Of a stretch of DNA of 64,000 nt, positions 38,559 to 49,989 are shown piece after piece. Position numbers and translations under genes: made by a program. The notes beneath the pieces were generated by a model. That model ran no database searches. It saw only the letters and a list, made by a program, of their open reading frames with translations, and was not told where the DNA came from. Where the stretch lies: positions 37,324,001 through 37,388,000 of the forward strand of contig OZ024742.1 of assembly GCA_964016885.1 (NCBI GenBank), in the 5' to 3' direction. Positions within the stretch are counted from its first letter, which is position 1, and every line of letters begins with the position of its first letter. Source of the DNA: Eledone cirrhosa. Lineage: Eukaryota.

Positions 38559-39982
38559 TTGAAAACGGTCAAGAATATATAGTTTTCTCGTCTGTGTAAA
38601 TGAGGTGATTAATCTCATTTGCATATGAAGCTGCATAAGTTGGCTCAACTTATAATTAAAATATCTATATATTAATTGATCTTTAACACTTAACATCCTG
38701 TAACAATTTCCCCAAAAACATCCAAAAATAAATTTCTTAATTCAAATGTTTATATTTTTACTAGCAGACAGATCATTATGAAAATTTGCAGTAAAGTAAA
38801 GACTTTAATTTTTCATGTGATGTAGTCTAGAAAATCTTGATCATGTGGCTTCATAGGTGATTGTTTCTAATTAAGCCATGGAATTCCACAAGGGTCAGCT
38901 ATTATTATTATCACTGCAGCTACTGTAGTTGTTCCAGTAATTATGAAGAGTCAGTTATTATTATCATTATTATTAGCACAGCTGCTGCCATAATTGTTCC
39001 AGTAATGGTGCAGGCAGTAGTGTTGCTACAGTTTGTGTGTCATCACTCTGCAGGGTTCATTTACATAAGATCTTCTGTGACCTGCTTTATTTCAGGTCAA
39101 CAGCTAGTGTATACATCACCTCACCTCCCTACACACACACACACAATCCTAAATCCTCTGTCTTTTTCTCATTCACATTCTCTCCTTCAAACTTATACCA
39201 GCCCCCTCTCACTGTCTCTAATTACACCCATACTCTACTGTACAAAAAGAATTCCATGTAAGCTGTATTCAATCAATGCCTGGAGGAGGCACAGCTCTTT
39301 TTTCCCCCTTGGTTAGGCAGGAAGGGAAAAGCTTCCAACATTGTTGAGAGAAATGAATGAAACCTCAAATCAAAAGACCTGACCACAAAACCTTGTAATA
39401 GAGTGTTTTTTGCTAAAAGCACCAATGGTACAGGTGGTGATGTTAAACTGGAAGATAGATTAAGTCTACCACCCAAATAAACCACCGTTGGATTTGAACT
39501 CAGAATACAAAGATTCTGAAAGATTCAGCAATTTTTATTGTATTTTTTATCACATAGCCAGGAAAAAGTGCCAGTATCTTGGACTCCTTTCAAGGTTTCC
39601 AAAGAGAAAGGAATGTATGCATAAAGGCACCCAAGAACCTGGTGGTAATATTAAACCAGGTGATGGATTAAATCTACCACCCAAGTATGTCATAGTGGAA
39701 TTTGAACTCAGAATACAAGAGCTGGAATAAATACCACAAGGTAAGTTTTAGCCAATGACATGTCAGTACATAACCTATTGATTTATTGGTTTCAGTCATT
39801 TGATTCAGCCAGACTGAATACTTTTTTTTTCGGAGCCCGGTACTTATTTTATCTATCTATTTCGAACTGGTAAGTTTCAGATTTCATAGCACCTCGAGCA
39901 AGTGTCTTCTACTATAGCCACAGGATGGCCAATACCTTGAGAATGAAATTTGGTAAATGGAAACTGCAAGAGAGAGAGAGAA

Positions 39983-39984
<2 letters not shown>

Positions 39985-40053
<69 letters not shown>

Positions 40054-40075
40054 CCCGTGTGCGCGTGCGCGCATG
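39985..40075. repeat. (GT)n/(GC)n microsatellite
   Basis: Seen directly. Confidence 0.95.
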
Positions 40076-41136
40076 TATGCATGTTCACATTTATATGCTA
40101 TAAGTTACCAGTTCAACAAAAAGAGATCAACATAATAAGTACCAGACTTGAAAAATATAAGTACTGGGGCTGCTACGATCAACTAAATCCCTCCAAAGCA
40201 GTGCAACAGCATGGCTGCAGTCTAAACCAGCAACAGAATAAAACTATATATGTGTGTATTGTCGAAAACAATTCAATGTTTACAAGCTATTAGTGTTACT
40301 GATAATTAAATAAGTTCCACAGACTATAAATATACCTATGTCTGACCTACATACTAAATGTTTCTAGCAATGATCCAAACTAATATATTCAGAATTTCAT
40401 TTATTACCTTTTCATTTAACAATGTTAATAAACAATAACAATCATGATTTCTTTTATAAATGAAATTATATCTACAGCTCACCTATACAAATTCAGTTGG
40501 CCTCAACCAGGATTGTATCTATTAGGTTTCTTGGGTGTTTTAATGAAAGGGACCCCAGTTCTATTATGTTGTTCCAGCTCACTCTTCTACAGATTTAGTT
40601 GGTTTAATACTAGGAGTACCAGTTATATGTTGTTGTTACAGCTTACACCTATGCAGGTTTAGCTGGCCTCTAATGAATGTTTGGGGGTGTTTTAATTATA
40701 GGGCCCCAGTCTTATGAAATGGGGCATCCTATTCAAAAATGCAACATATTGCCATGTCCGGGAAATAAACCCACAACCTTATAATCCCGAGTCCAGCATG
40801 GCTCTTTCACTAATTTTTAAACACATTTAATCATATAGCTGTTTATTATATCTTCCTATTTAGCGTATACATATGCATGCAGACACAAACACACATAGTA
40901 CCATTGTGTAAGTCTTGTGCAGCAATATTCTTTGTCTATTCATTAATTTAAAGATATAACAACAACAACATCAAAATTTGTGAAGGTGGATTCATGAACA
41001 TGGCAACATATTGCATTCTTGAGCAAGAAACTTCATTCCATATTGCTTTTCATAGTAGGGGCTCCTATTAAAACACTTGAGAAACTTATGAGATCCATTT
41101 TTTTGTAGAAAACCAGCTAAGCCTACATAGGTGTGT

Positions 41137-42022
41137 GCTGTAACAACATAGTAGGACTAAGCTTCCTATTATTAAAAACACTCCAAGAAACCTGAGATAC
41201 AGAGCTGTAACAACATAGTAGGACTAAGCTTCCTATTATTAAAAACACTCCGAGAAACCTGAAATACAGAGCTGTAACATCATAGAAGGACTAAGCTTCC
41301 TATTATTAAAAACTCTCCAAGAAACCTGAGATACAGAGCTGTAACATCATAGAAGGACTAAGCTTCCTATTATTAAAAACTCTCCAAGAAACCTGAGATA
41401 CAGAGCTGTAACAACATAGTAGGACTAAGCTTCCTCTCATTAAAAACTCTCCAAGAAACCTCCTGAGATACAGAACTGTAATATCATAGAAGGACTAAGC
41501 TTCCTATCATTAAAAACTCTCCAAGAAACCTTCTGAGATACAGAGCTGTAATATCATAGAAGGACTAAGCTTCCTATTATTAAAAACACTCCAAGAAACC
41601 TGAGCTACAGAGCTGTAACAACATAGTAGGACTAAGCTTCCTATCATTAAAAACTCTCCAAGAAACCTCCTGAGATACAGAGCTGTAATATCATAGAAGG
41701 ACTAAGCTTCCTATTATTAAAAACACTCCAAGAAACCTGAGATACAGAGCTGTAACAACATAGAAGGACTAAGCTTCCTATCATTAAAAACTCTCCAAGA
41801 AACCTCCTGAGATACAGAGCTGTAACATCATAGAAGGACTAAGCTTCCTATTATTAAAAACTCTCCAAGAAACCTCCTGAGATACAGAGCTGTAATATCA
41901 TAGAAGGACTAAGCTTCCTATCATTAAAAACTCTCCAAGAAACCTCCTGAGATACAGAGCTGTAATATCATAGAAGGACTAAGCTTCCTATCATTAAAAA
42001 CACTTCAAGAAACCTGAGATAC
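41137..42022 (+). repeat. Minisatellite, 13 copies of a ~66-70-bp unit
   Basis: Unit agagctgtaacaacatagtaggactaagcttcctattattaaaaacactccaagaaacctgagatac. The string ggactaagcttcc occurs 13 times. Confidence 0.95.
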
Positions 42023-43109
42023 AACCTCATAAGAAGCTAGCTAAACCATCATAGGTAGGAACTGTAAATCTTATTTTCATCATAATCCTCATTAACCATT
42101 ATACTCAACTATGCTCCTTTCCCCGTTATCATCATTATCCATCATACTCAACTGTGCCTGCTATAATCATCATTAACACCATCAATACCAATATCACCAT
42201 CATGTTTAGCTATACACTTACTCTTAACATCATCACCAGCTAAACCTACATAAGTGTGAGCTCTAACAACTACTTTGGCCCATTGAGCTATCATCATCAT
42301 TGTTTAACATCCATTTTCCATTTTAGCACAGGACAGGTCATCACAGACCAAGTCTCCACACAATTAGACAGGCCAGGGACCATGTCTTGCTTATGTACAT
42401 TCCTACATATTACAGAGTGTACTTGGTGTGCTTTATCATGGCATCAGCATAGGGGTGGTCGTCATGCCCTTGACATAACTGAAGAATTCTGTCAATCATA
42501 TATGTTTGGTAGGTTTTCTACAGTTGATTGCCCTCCATAACAATAACCGCTTTATAGAGTTTACAAAGTCTATTTTATTATGACACCAACATTAGATAAG
42601 CTGTCATGCTCTTGACACAACTGAACAGCCCTCTCAAATATATGCTTGGCAGGTTTTCTATGGGTGGATGCCCTTCCTCACAATAACCACATTACAGTTA
42701 AATGGATGTGTTTTTATCATGATGCCGTCACTAAGAAGGTTTTTGTACTGTGAGCACATTTTCATATAAATTTAATACACAAATCAATATATAAATAAAT
42801 ATAGATATATAAATGAATAAATGTTGAAAAATAAATGGCATGGCTGTGTAGTTTTGGAGTTTGCTTCGCAACCACATGTTTCTGAGTTCACTCCTACTGA
42901 GTGGCACTTTGAGCAAGTGTCTTCTACTACAGCCATGGGGTGATCAATGCTTTGTTCCGTTTGCCTTTTGCATAAATCTGTGTGTGCATGTGCCTATCTC
43001 TTAGAACAACGCATTCCACAAAGATTCTTTAAATAAATAATAAACTTCAAAACAATAAGCACTGGGGGGGGGGGGGTTAATATGATTGACTAAATACCTT
43101 CAAGGATAT

Positions 43110-46100
43110 AATAATAATAATAATAATAATGAAATTATTGTGTACAGTGCTCAGGTGCACTACAACTCATCAAAGGTGCATGTATAGTACATAGAATAAT
43201 GTACAAATGTCAGGAAAATGAACAGTGTATGAGTCATGATATAATAACAACAACAATAATAATAATGAAATATTGTGTACAGTGCCCAGGTGCACCACAA
43301 CTCATCAAAAAGTGCATGTACAGTACATAGGGCAATGCACAAACATCAGTAAAATGAACAGTGCACGAGTCATGATACACACGTGTGCATGTGTATGGAA
43401 GGGGTACATCAGGTGTAGTTTTGGCGTATTTCGGGAAGCATGAGTGTCTTAAAGGATGCAGTGTCTCGGAAGCTAACAACTGACGCAGGCAGTTTGTTCC
43501 ATGCTTCAGCAACTCTGAGCGTGAAAAATGTCTACGAAAGTCATGGGAGCTGTGCTGTTTTCTGATTTTGTAGGCATGTCCACGTGTGTTAGACACATGG
43601 AGATCAAAAAGATGCTCAGGGTTGCAATTGGCGAGATGGTTAATAACTTTGTGGGTATTCACCAAGTCCATTGCCAGACGTCGGAGCCTCAATGAATCCA
43701 TGCCCAGGGAAACAAGGCGTTCAGAGTATGGTAGGTGTCTGATGGAGGGTATGCGCTTGGTTGCACGTCTCTGAACAGTTTCCAGGAGGTCAATGTTCTG
43801 AGCAAGATAGGGGTTCCAGACTGATGATGCGAATTCCAAGTGTGGTCGTACCATAGCTGTATACAGTTTTAAATAGATGGCTGGAGAGCAGCTAACAAAG
43901 GTCTTGCTGAGTGATGCCAAGACACCCTCGGCCTTCTTGACAATCTTAGAGACATGCTTTGTCCAACGCAAATCGCTGCTGACAGTAATGCCCAGGTCAT
44001 GTTCACAAGAGGACTTCTTGATATCAGTGTTGTGGAGGGAGTATGTGGACGCTGGATTTTTCCTTCCAAAATGCATGGTGGTACACTTGTCCACAGCCAG
44101 CTTCAGTTGCTAGTCTGTGATCCATTGCTGCATTGTGTCCAGGTCTGATTGTAGGAAAGAGTTGTAAATTTCAGGATCAGTCCTTTTGATTTCAAGGTAC
44201 AGCTTGATGTCATCTGCATATTTCAGTACCGTGGCATTCTGTAAGTTGGCATCTATGTCATTAATATATGCCACAAACAAAAGGGGACCAAGAACAGATC
44301 CCTGTGGTACACCAGATGACATCTCATATGGTGAAGAATGCTGTCCTAGAACCGTGACTACTTCTTTTCGGCTGAGAATGAAGGATTTCAACCAGTCGAA
44401 AAGATCATCCCTCACACCCATTGCAGAGAGTTTTGCCATAAGTCTTTTGTGTGGCACAGAATTAAAAGCCTTAGCAAAGTCAAGGTAAACAACATCCACC
44501 CATGAGCCGCTGTCAGTGATCCGGGTGATGTCTTCAAGGAACTCGATAAGCTGATCACAGCAGCTGGAGTTAGGGATAAATCCAAACTGTGAGGGCCGGA
44601 TGAGGCTGTGAGAGCTCCAGAAGTTCTAAAGTGTTTCTCTGACACAGGATTCCATCAGTTTGGCAATACAGCTAGTAATAAACACATAAGTCGCCTGCAA
44701 TAAACACATAAGTGGCTGTTTTCTTGGCAGCAACTCTGAGGATATCGCAAAGCTGTGTGTCCTGATGGTAGTTTGGGGGACGATAAACAACACCAAGCAG
44801 AAGTGTTGACATGGTCATACGTATGTCACAGAAAAAAACTTCTTCCTGTGATTCGTTCAAATCAACGCAAGGAATTACCGAAAAGTTTGAACGAACGTAG
44901 ACCATCACACCACCACCACGGCGATTAATGCAGTCCTTGCGGAAAAGGTTGTAGTGCTGAAAACCCCATCACAGAGTAAGGAATGTGCCCATATTTCTGT
45001 GACTGTGATGAAGTCAGGGTCGATGCTTCTGACGTAGGATTCAAACAGCTGTATCTTGTTGCATAAACTGCGAGCATTTAAGGACAACAATTTGTACCCT
45101 GCTCACAGTTTATGATGGTGTGTAGAGGGTGGCAGGTTGTTCTGGTTTAGTTTCCCAGAGTTGTAGCAGTTTTTACATTGCCCGTTATTGTGGGTAGATC
45201 ACACTCAGACCAGCTGGTATCTCTCTTCCACGTTTTATCAGCCTTGACAAACCTCCAGATCTGCCCATCATCACGCAGACTAAAACTTTCATGTTGTGCT
45301 GAGTTCCGATTCAAGGAAGCTGCAGCACGGAGCTTTGGACGTACATGGGGTGGTAGGCCTGGGCATGTTCGGAAGGTAATCCGATTTTCACGCCCAGCTT
45401 TAACAGAGGCTAGATGGTATGAAGTTGCCTCAGCGGGGTCCGAAAAAGACAGCCTGATGAGTCTGGGTTTTGGACCAGGTCGACCAAGGCGGAGAGCACC
45501 CTTTGGGGGAACACAGCCTAGGTCTTTGGCTGAGCTGGCAGCAAATGCCTGAAGATCAGCCGTGTTCTCTGGTACCCCAATGGCAATCACTTCATGGGTA
45601 GCAGATTCAGCAGTCTTTTCAGTGTGGCCAGATACAGCAAGAGGTACAGGGAGATTCTTTAGCAAGGCATTCCGATAAGACCCCTCATTGTGGGGTCCTA
45701 CCCGAATGTTTGCCTTTATTCCTGTTACTTCCCTTCTTAAAGCAGAAATCATTAGTTGCAATTCTGCAAAATCTGTACTGGTCGGTTGTTGTTGTTGTTG
45801 TTGCTGCTGCTGTTGCTGTTGTTGTTGTTGTTGATGATCCTCCACGGGAATGGTAGTGGAAGGCACAGTCGCAGGTTGTTGCTGCTGTTGCTGTTGCTGT
45901 TGTTGTTGGTGATGATGATGTTCCTCCACGGGAATGGTAGGGGAAGACACAGTCGCAGGTTGTTGGTGTCGAGATGTACTGGGAGCGGAAGACATGGGTT
46001 GTTGTTGTTTCTGATGTTCTCCCACAGGAATAGCAGTAGAAGCCAGTGTCATAGGTTTTTGCCGTTGTTCAGTAACAATGGTAGAGGAAGATACAGTCAT

Positions 46101-46750
46101 TGGTTTTTGTTGTTGTTGTTGTTTTTCAATAACATTAGTGGAGGCAGGCACACAGGCCAGGCACTGAAAGGACCAGGATTTTAGCTGGACCATCTCCCAG
46201 ATTCCATCCATCATAGCAATATGATGTCTCTTTTTTTGGCCTGGGATCCTCCGGAAGCCTGTGGCGCATTGAAGGCAGACAGAGATGTGACAGGTTCCAC
46301 ATTCGACCCAGCGATTACGGAACGAGTTTTCGGGTTCCGCACAGATATGGCAGATGTGGTTTTCTGGGCAATGTTCTATTTTGGAACATCGTCCAGTTTT
46401 GTCACATACTTCATCGATGGATATCACCATGGCAATTTTGTTATTTCTACCCATCTGTAGAAAAACACAGAATGTAAACAATATAGGTTTAGCGCACTTG
46501 ATTACGATAGAAATAAAATGTCTGTTTTTTGTTTTGTTTTTTTGTGTATTTTGTTTCCGTTTTCCTAAATGTTGTGTGTGTACAGAAGAGTCTGTGCATG
46601 TAAACAAATAAATATGCTGCGTAAGTTAAATGAAACGTACTGTAGAAGGCAACAGTTTATTAACAGCGAAATAACGTTTTTTTCCCCGATACTGCTTCTT
46701 TATAATAAACTTTCAATAATATTTTTCAAATTATTAACTTTCAGCTGCTA
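43110..46750 (-). mobile_element. CR1-like LINE: ORF1 plus internally deleted ORF2, duplicated 3' tail
   Basis: ORF2 pieces: LSLNARSL, VTEIW, VVYRPP, IAGDL, VYLDFAKAF, SGVPQGSVLGPLLF, YADDIK, RPHLEFASSVWNPY, TRGH. Ends in an (ATT)n tail. Confidence 0.9.
45147..46454 (-). CDS. CR1-like ORF1 protein: N-terminal PHD-like Cys finger, polyQ repeats, coiled coil, RRM-like C-terminus
   Basis: Uninterrupted frame (track 45147-46607; likely start MGRNNK at 46454). Motifs CHIC..WVECGTC...C..C...FQCLAC, GVPE, RLGRPGPKPRLIRLSF. Lies directly upstream of ORF2. Confidence 0.75.
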   Translation of the reverse strand: MGRNNKIAMVISIDEVCDKTGRCSKIEHCPENHICHICAEPENSFRNRWVECGTCHISVCLQCATGFRRIPGQKKRHHIAMMDGIWEMVQLKSWSFQCLACVPASTNVIEKQQQQQKPMTVSSSTIVTEQRQKPMTLASTAIPVGEHQKQQQPMSSAPSTSRHQQPATVSSPTIPVEEHHHHQQQQQQQQQQQPATVPSTTIPVEDHQQQQQQQQQQQQQQQQPTSTDFAELQLMISALRREVTGIKANIRVGPHNEGSYRNALLKNLPVPLAVSGHTEKTAESATHEVIAIGVPENTADLQAFAASSAKDLGCVPPKGALRLGRPGPKPRLIRLSFSDPAEATSYHLASVKAGRENRITFRTCPGLPPHVRPKLRAAASLNRNSAQHESFSLRDDGQIWRFVKADKTWKRDTSWSECDLPTITGNVKTATTLGN

Positions 46751-47894
46751 GTATATATATATAATTAAAAGGTGTATGTGGGTTAGAAGCGAAATCAATG
46801 TTCAGAGATATTTTACCAATGTACGTAAGATTGGCCTGTATAGTGTCTCACACGAAATAGTGTGGTTTCTTTTCACGTGTGTGTATATGCATATGGTATA
46901 TATCTGTATATAAATCTGTGTGTATATTGTTGTTTATATGTTTTGTGAAGTACTTACTGCGATCCCTAAGGGATGTAGTGATTTGTTTGTTTTTTTCTCC
47001 TTTTTCCCCGTCCATGTCCACACGTGGTTTGTTGGCGAAAATCAAGTCAAATTAAATATACTTTGTTAAAATAATTCTATGTTGAAGCTGGTACTAGTTG
47101 TCAGAGAACAGTCAGAGTAATTGTAATAATGAATATTGTAATCCATCTGACGTGTTTAAAGAGCAGTTTTTGGTGAAAATATGCCCCAGCATGGCTGCAG
47201 TCTAATGAATGAAACCAATAAAATAATAAAGGAAAAGAGTAAAAGAAGATCAGTTACATTGCTGTTTTTTTACTTTAACTCTTTTGACACCAAATTACCT
47301 GAAACTGTCTCTGGTTCTATGGCACAAAACTTTATATTTATTTAATAGTCTCCCATCATAGTTTTATGTAAGCACCTTTGCTATGTTCCAAAAACCAGCT
47401 TAATAATGAGAAAGTTAGTTATTATACTAAATCACTCCAATTTTTTTTATTAATTTCAACAAGATTTGAAAACAATATGGTAATGAAAAGTTAAAGCAGT
47501 GTTTTCTTGAGTCATCTCCCTCACCTCCGAATCTAACAACATTTGGTTTCAAAATAAATATATATTATCTTCCACTCTCTCTTCAGACTTGCTGTTGCTG
47601 GCATCATTACCATTAACAAAAAGCATGACATTATAATTAGGTCATCACTAAATTAACTATTTAAGCAATCTAACAGCTGGAAAATATTGTTACAAAACTT
47701 GCAAAATGAAACCAAAAAAAATAAATAAATTATTTCTACCAATAATTTCCATCAATCATAAGCTAAATTTTTTTTAATAAGTAGTCACCAATTGCCTCAC
47801 CATGGTCACAGTCTAATTACTAAAACTTGTAAAAGAATAAAAGAAAGATATACAATACACAGCAGACATATACACTTCCATAATCTTTCATAAT

Positions 47895-48234
47895 GGAGGC
47901 ACATGGCTTAGTGGTTAGAGCGTTGGCCTTGCAATCGAAAGGTTGTGAGTTCAATTCTCAGACCGGGTGATGTGTTGTTTCCTTGAGCAAGACACTTTAT
48001 TTCACATTGCTCCAGTTTACTCAGCTGTAGAAATGAGATAAGGACTGGGGTCCCTATCATTCCACTGTAAAGTGGTCGTGGAGGTGCCATGGCAAAAAAG
48101 CACCCAGCACTCACTGTAAATGAGGTTGGTGTTAGGAAGGGCATCCAGCTGTAGAAATCAAGCCAGAATCAGTTCCCGTCCCACCCTTGCAAGCAGGGAA
48201 AAAGCGGACGTAAAATGAAATGATGATGATGATG
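47895..48234 (+). mobile_element. Well-preserved tRNA-derived SINE with RTE-type tail
   Basis: A box TGGCTTAGTGG, B box GTTCAATTC, core ccttgagcaagacactt..ctcagctgta, then the ggaagggcatcc module. The terminal ~45 nt are near-identical to the RTE family D end. (GAT)n tail. Confidence 0.9.
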
Positions 48235-48879
48235 AATCATCATTGTCATTTTACATCTACTTTCCATATTGGCATGGATCAGACAGATTGTCACAGTCTA
48301 AGGCTAAACAGGTTGGAGAGACCTTATCATGCTCATATGCTCCATATCTGGCATGGTTTCTTATAGCTGGATGTACTTCTGAATGCCACCTTTCTTAATA
48401 CTGAAATAATGGTAGTGGGCCTTGTTGTGCTTTATGCAAAAGCACATGGCCTAGCAACTAAATTGTCTGGCTTGCAATTGTAAGGTTAAAAATTCAATTC
48501 TGGGATCCAACAGCAAAATACTTTATTTCACATTTAAAGTTTTCTATGGCTGGATTCCCTTCCTATCACCAACCATTTTACAGCGTGTACTGAGTGAATT
48601 TATCATGTAGATCACCAACACTAGGGAGGTTGCCACACCTTGGTGCGACTGAAGAGTCCTCCCAACCCTTTGTTTGGCAAGCCCTCCACTGCTGGATGCC
48701 CTTCCCATCACCAACCACTTTACAAGAGGACAGCAGCTAGGAGCATCTGTGGGGAGGAGGCATGTGGTAGGTTGTTCAGGTGTGGGTGGAGAGTTAGGAC
48801 ATGGGAAGTGCAAAATATGTTAGGGCTTGGAAGTGTATGGAAGGGGGAAGAAGAAGGTAGTGCAGACAAGATGTATGTT

Positions 48880-49980
48880 TCAACCTGTGCCGTCCAGGTA
48901 ATGGAAACTATCAACTACTTTTCGCAAGCCCTCTGAGCATTTAAAGGAGGTAGTATCCTGTGAGCTGTTGATACTTACTGCACCTGTGCAACGGCCACAT
49001 ATAAAACCTGCGCTCTTTACTAGCCTACCTGAAATCCCACTACGTCGCTTGTGCACCCATAGTTTGCATTTGGGGCATAGGATAGTGTTTCTACCTATTC
49101 CATTCCTGCACACTGAGTATGGCCATTTCCCTGAGGGAATCTGGGCCCCGTTATCCTTTCTACATACTAGGACTTTGGTCTTTGCCAGGTTGACTTTATG
49201 ACCTTTAGATTCTAGGCCATGCTTCCAGTTTTGGAATTTCTTCCATTTCTGCCACAGATTCAGCTATAAAGATTAGATCATCAACATACAGAAAATTTCA
49301 TGGGCAGCCAGTCTTAAACTCTTCTGTTATAGCCTGAAGGACGATAATAAACAGAAGAGGGCTAAGAATGGAGCCTTGATGTACTCCTACCTGCATGCTA
49401 AATTCTTCACTATAATCATTAATTCTAACCTTGCTGACTGTTCCTCATACATGGCTTGTTCCTCATACATGACTGTTCCTCATACACTGCCCTCACAAGC
49501 CACTCATCTACTCCTAGTTTTCTCAGAACCCACCAGATAATAACATGGAGGACTCTCAAAAGCTTTCTCCAGGTCCACAAATGCCAAATATAGATAGAGG
49601 TTTACATTTAGCTTGGTAATTCTCCTGTAGTTGCCTCACAAGGAAGAGAGCATTGTTGGTACTTTTACCTGGCACAAATCCGAACTACATCCCATCTAAG
49701 TTAACTCGGTCTCTGACCAGCTGTACTATAACTCTTTCTGTGACCTTCATGACCTGGCAATCAACTTGATGCCTGTAAAGTTTCCTCTGTCTAGAGCATC
49801 TCCTTTGCCCTTGTAGCAGTTGACGATGATGCTACTATACCAATCATTGGGTAGACACCATTTTGTATAACTTGGTTTACAATATAGGTGGTTACGGTGT
49901 GACCCACCATTCCAGATGTTTCAGCATCTCAGCAACTATCCCAAAAAGTCCAGCTGCTTTGTCTGTCTTCATATCCTAGA
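48880..49980 (-). mobile_element. RTE internal RT fragment (decayed)
   Basis: Reverse complement is homologous to 12840-13890 (KAAG, GVHQGS.LSPLLF, Cys finger, DSFHYL). Confidence 0.85.
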
Positions 49981-49989
49981 ATGCCTGCC

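Noticed and set aside
41137-42022. CRISPR-like array
   Set aside because: The units are contiguous near-identical repeats with no unique spacers, there are no cas genes, and the context is eukaryotic.
47895-47972. tRNA gene
   Set aside because: A/B boxes are present but there is no proper acceptor or anticodon stem, and it continues into a SINE body.
17400-48900. Host gene exons in the less repetitive stretches
   Set aside because: No ORF with recognisable host protein features or a convincing splice-site pair. Small exons cannot be excluded without RNA-seq.
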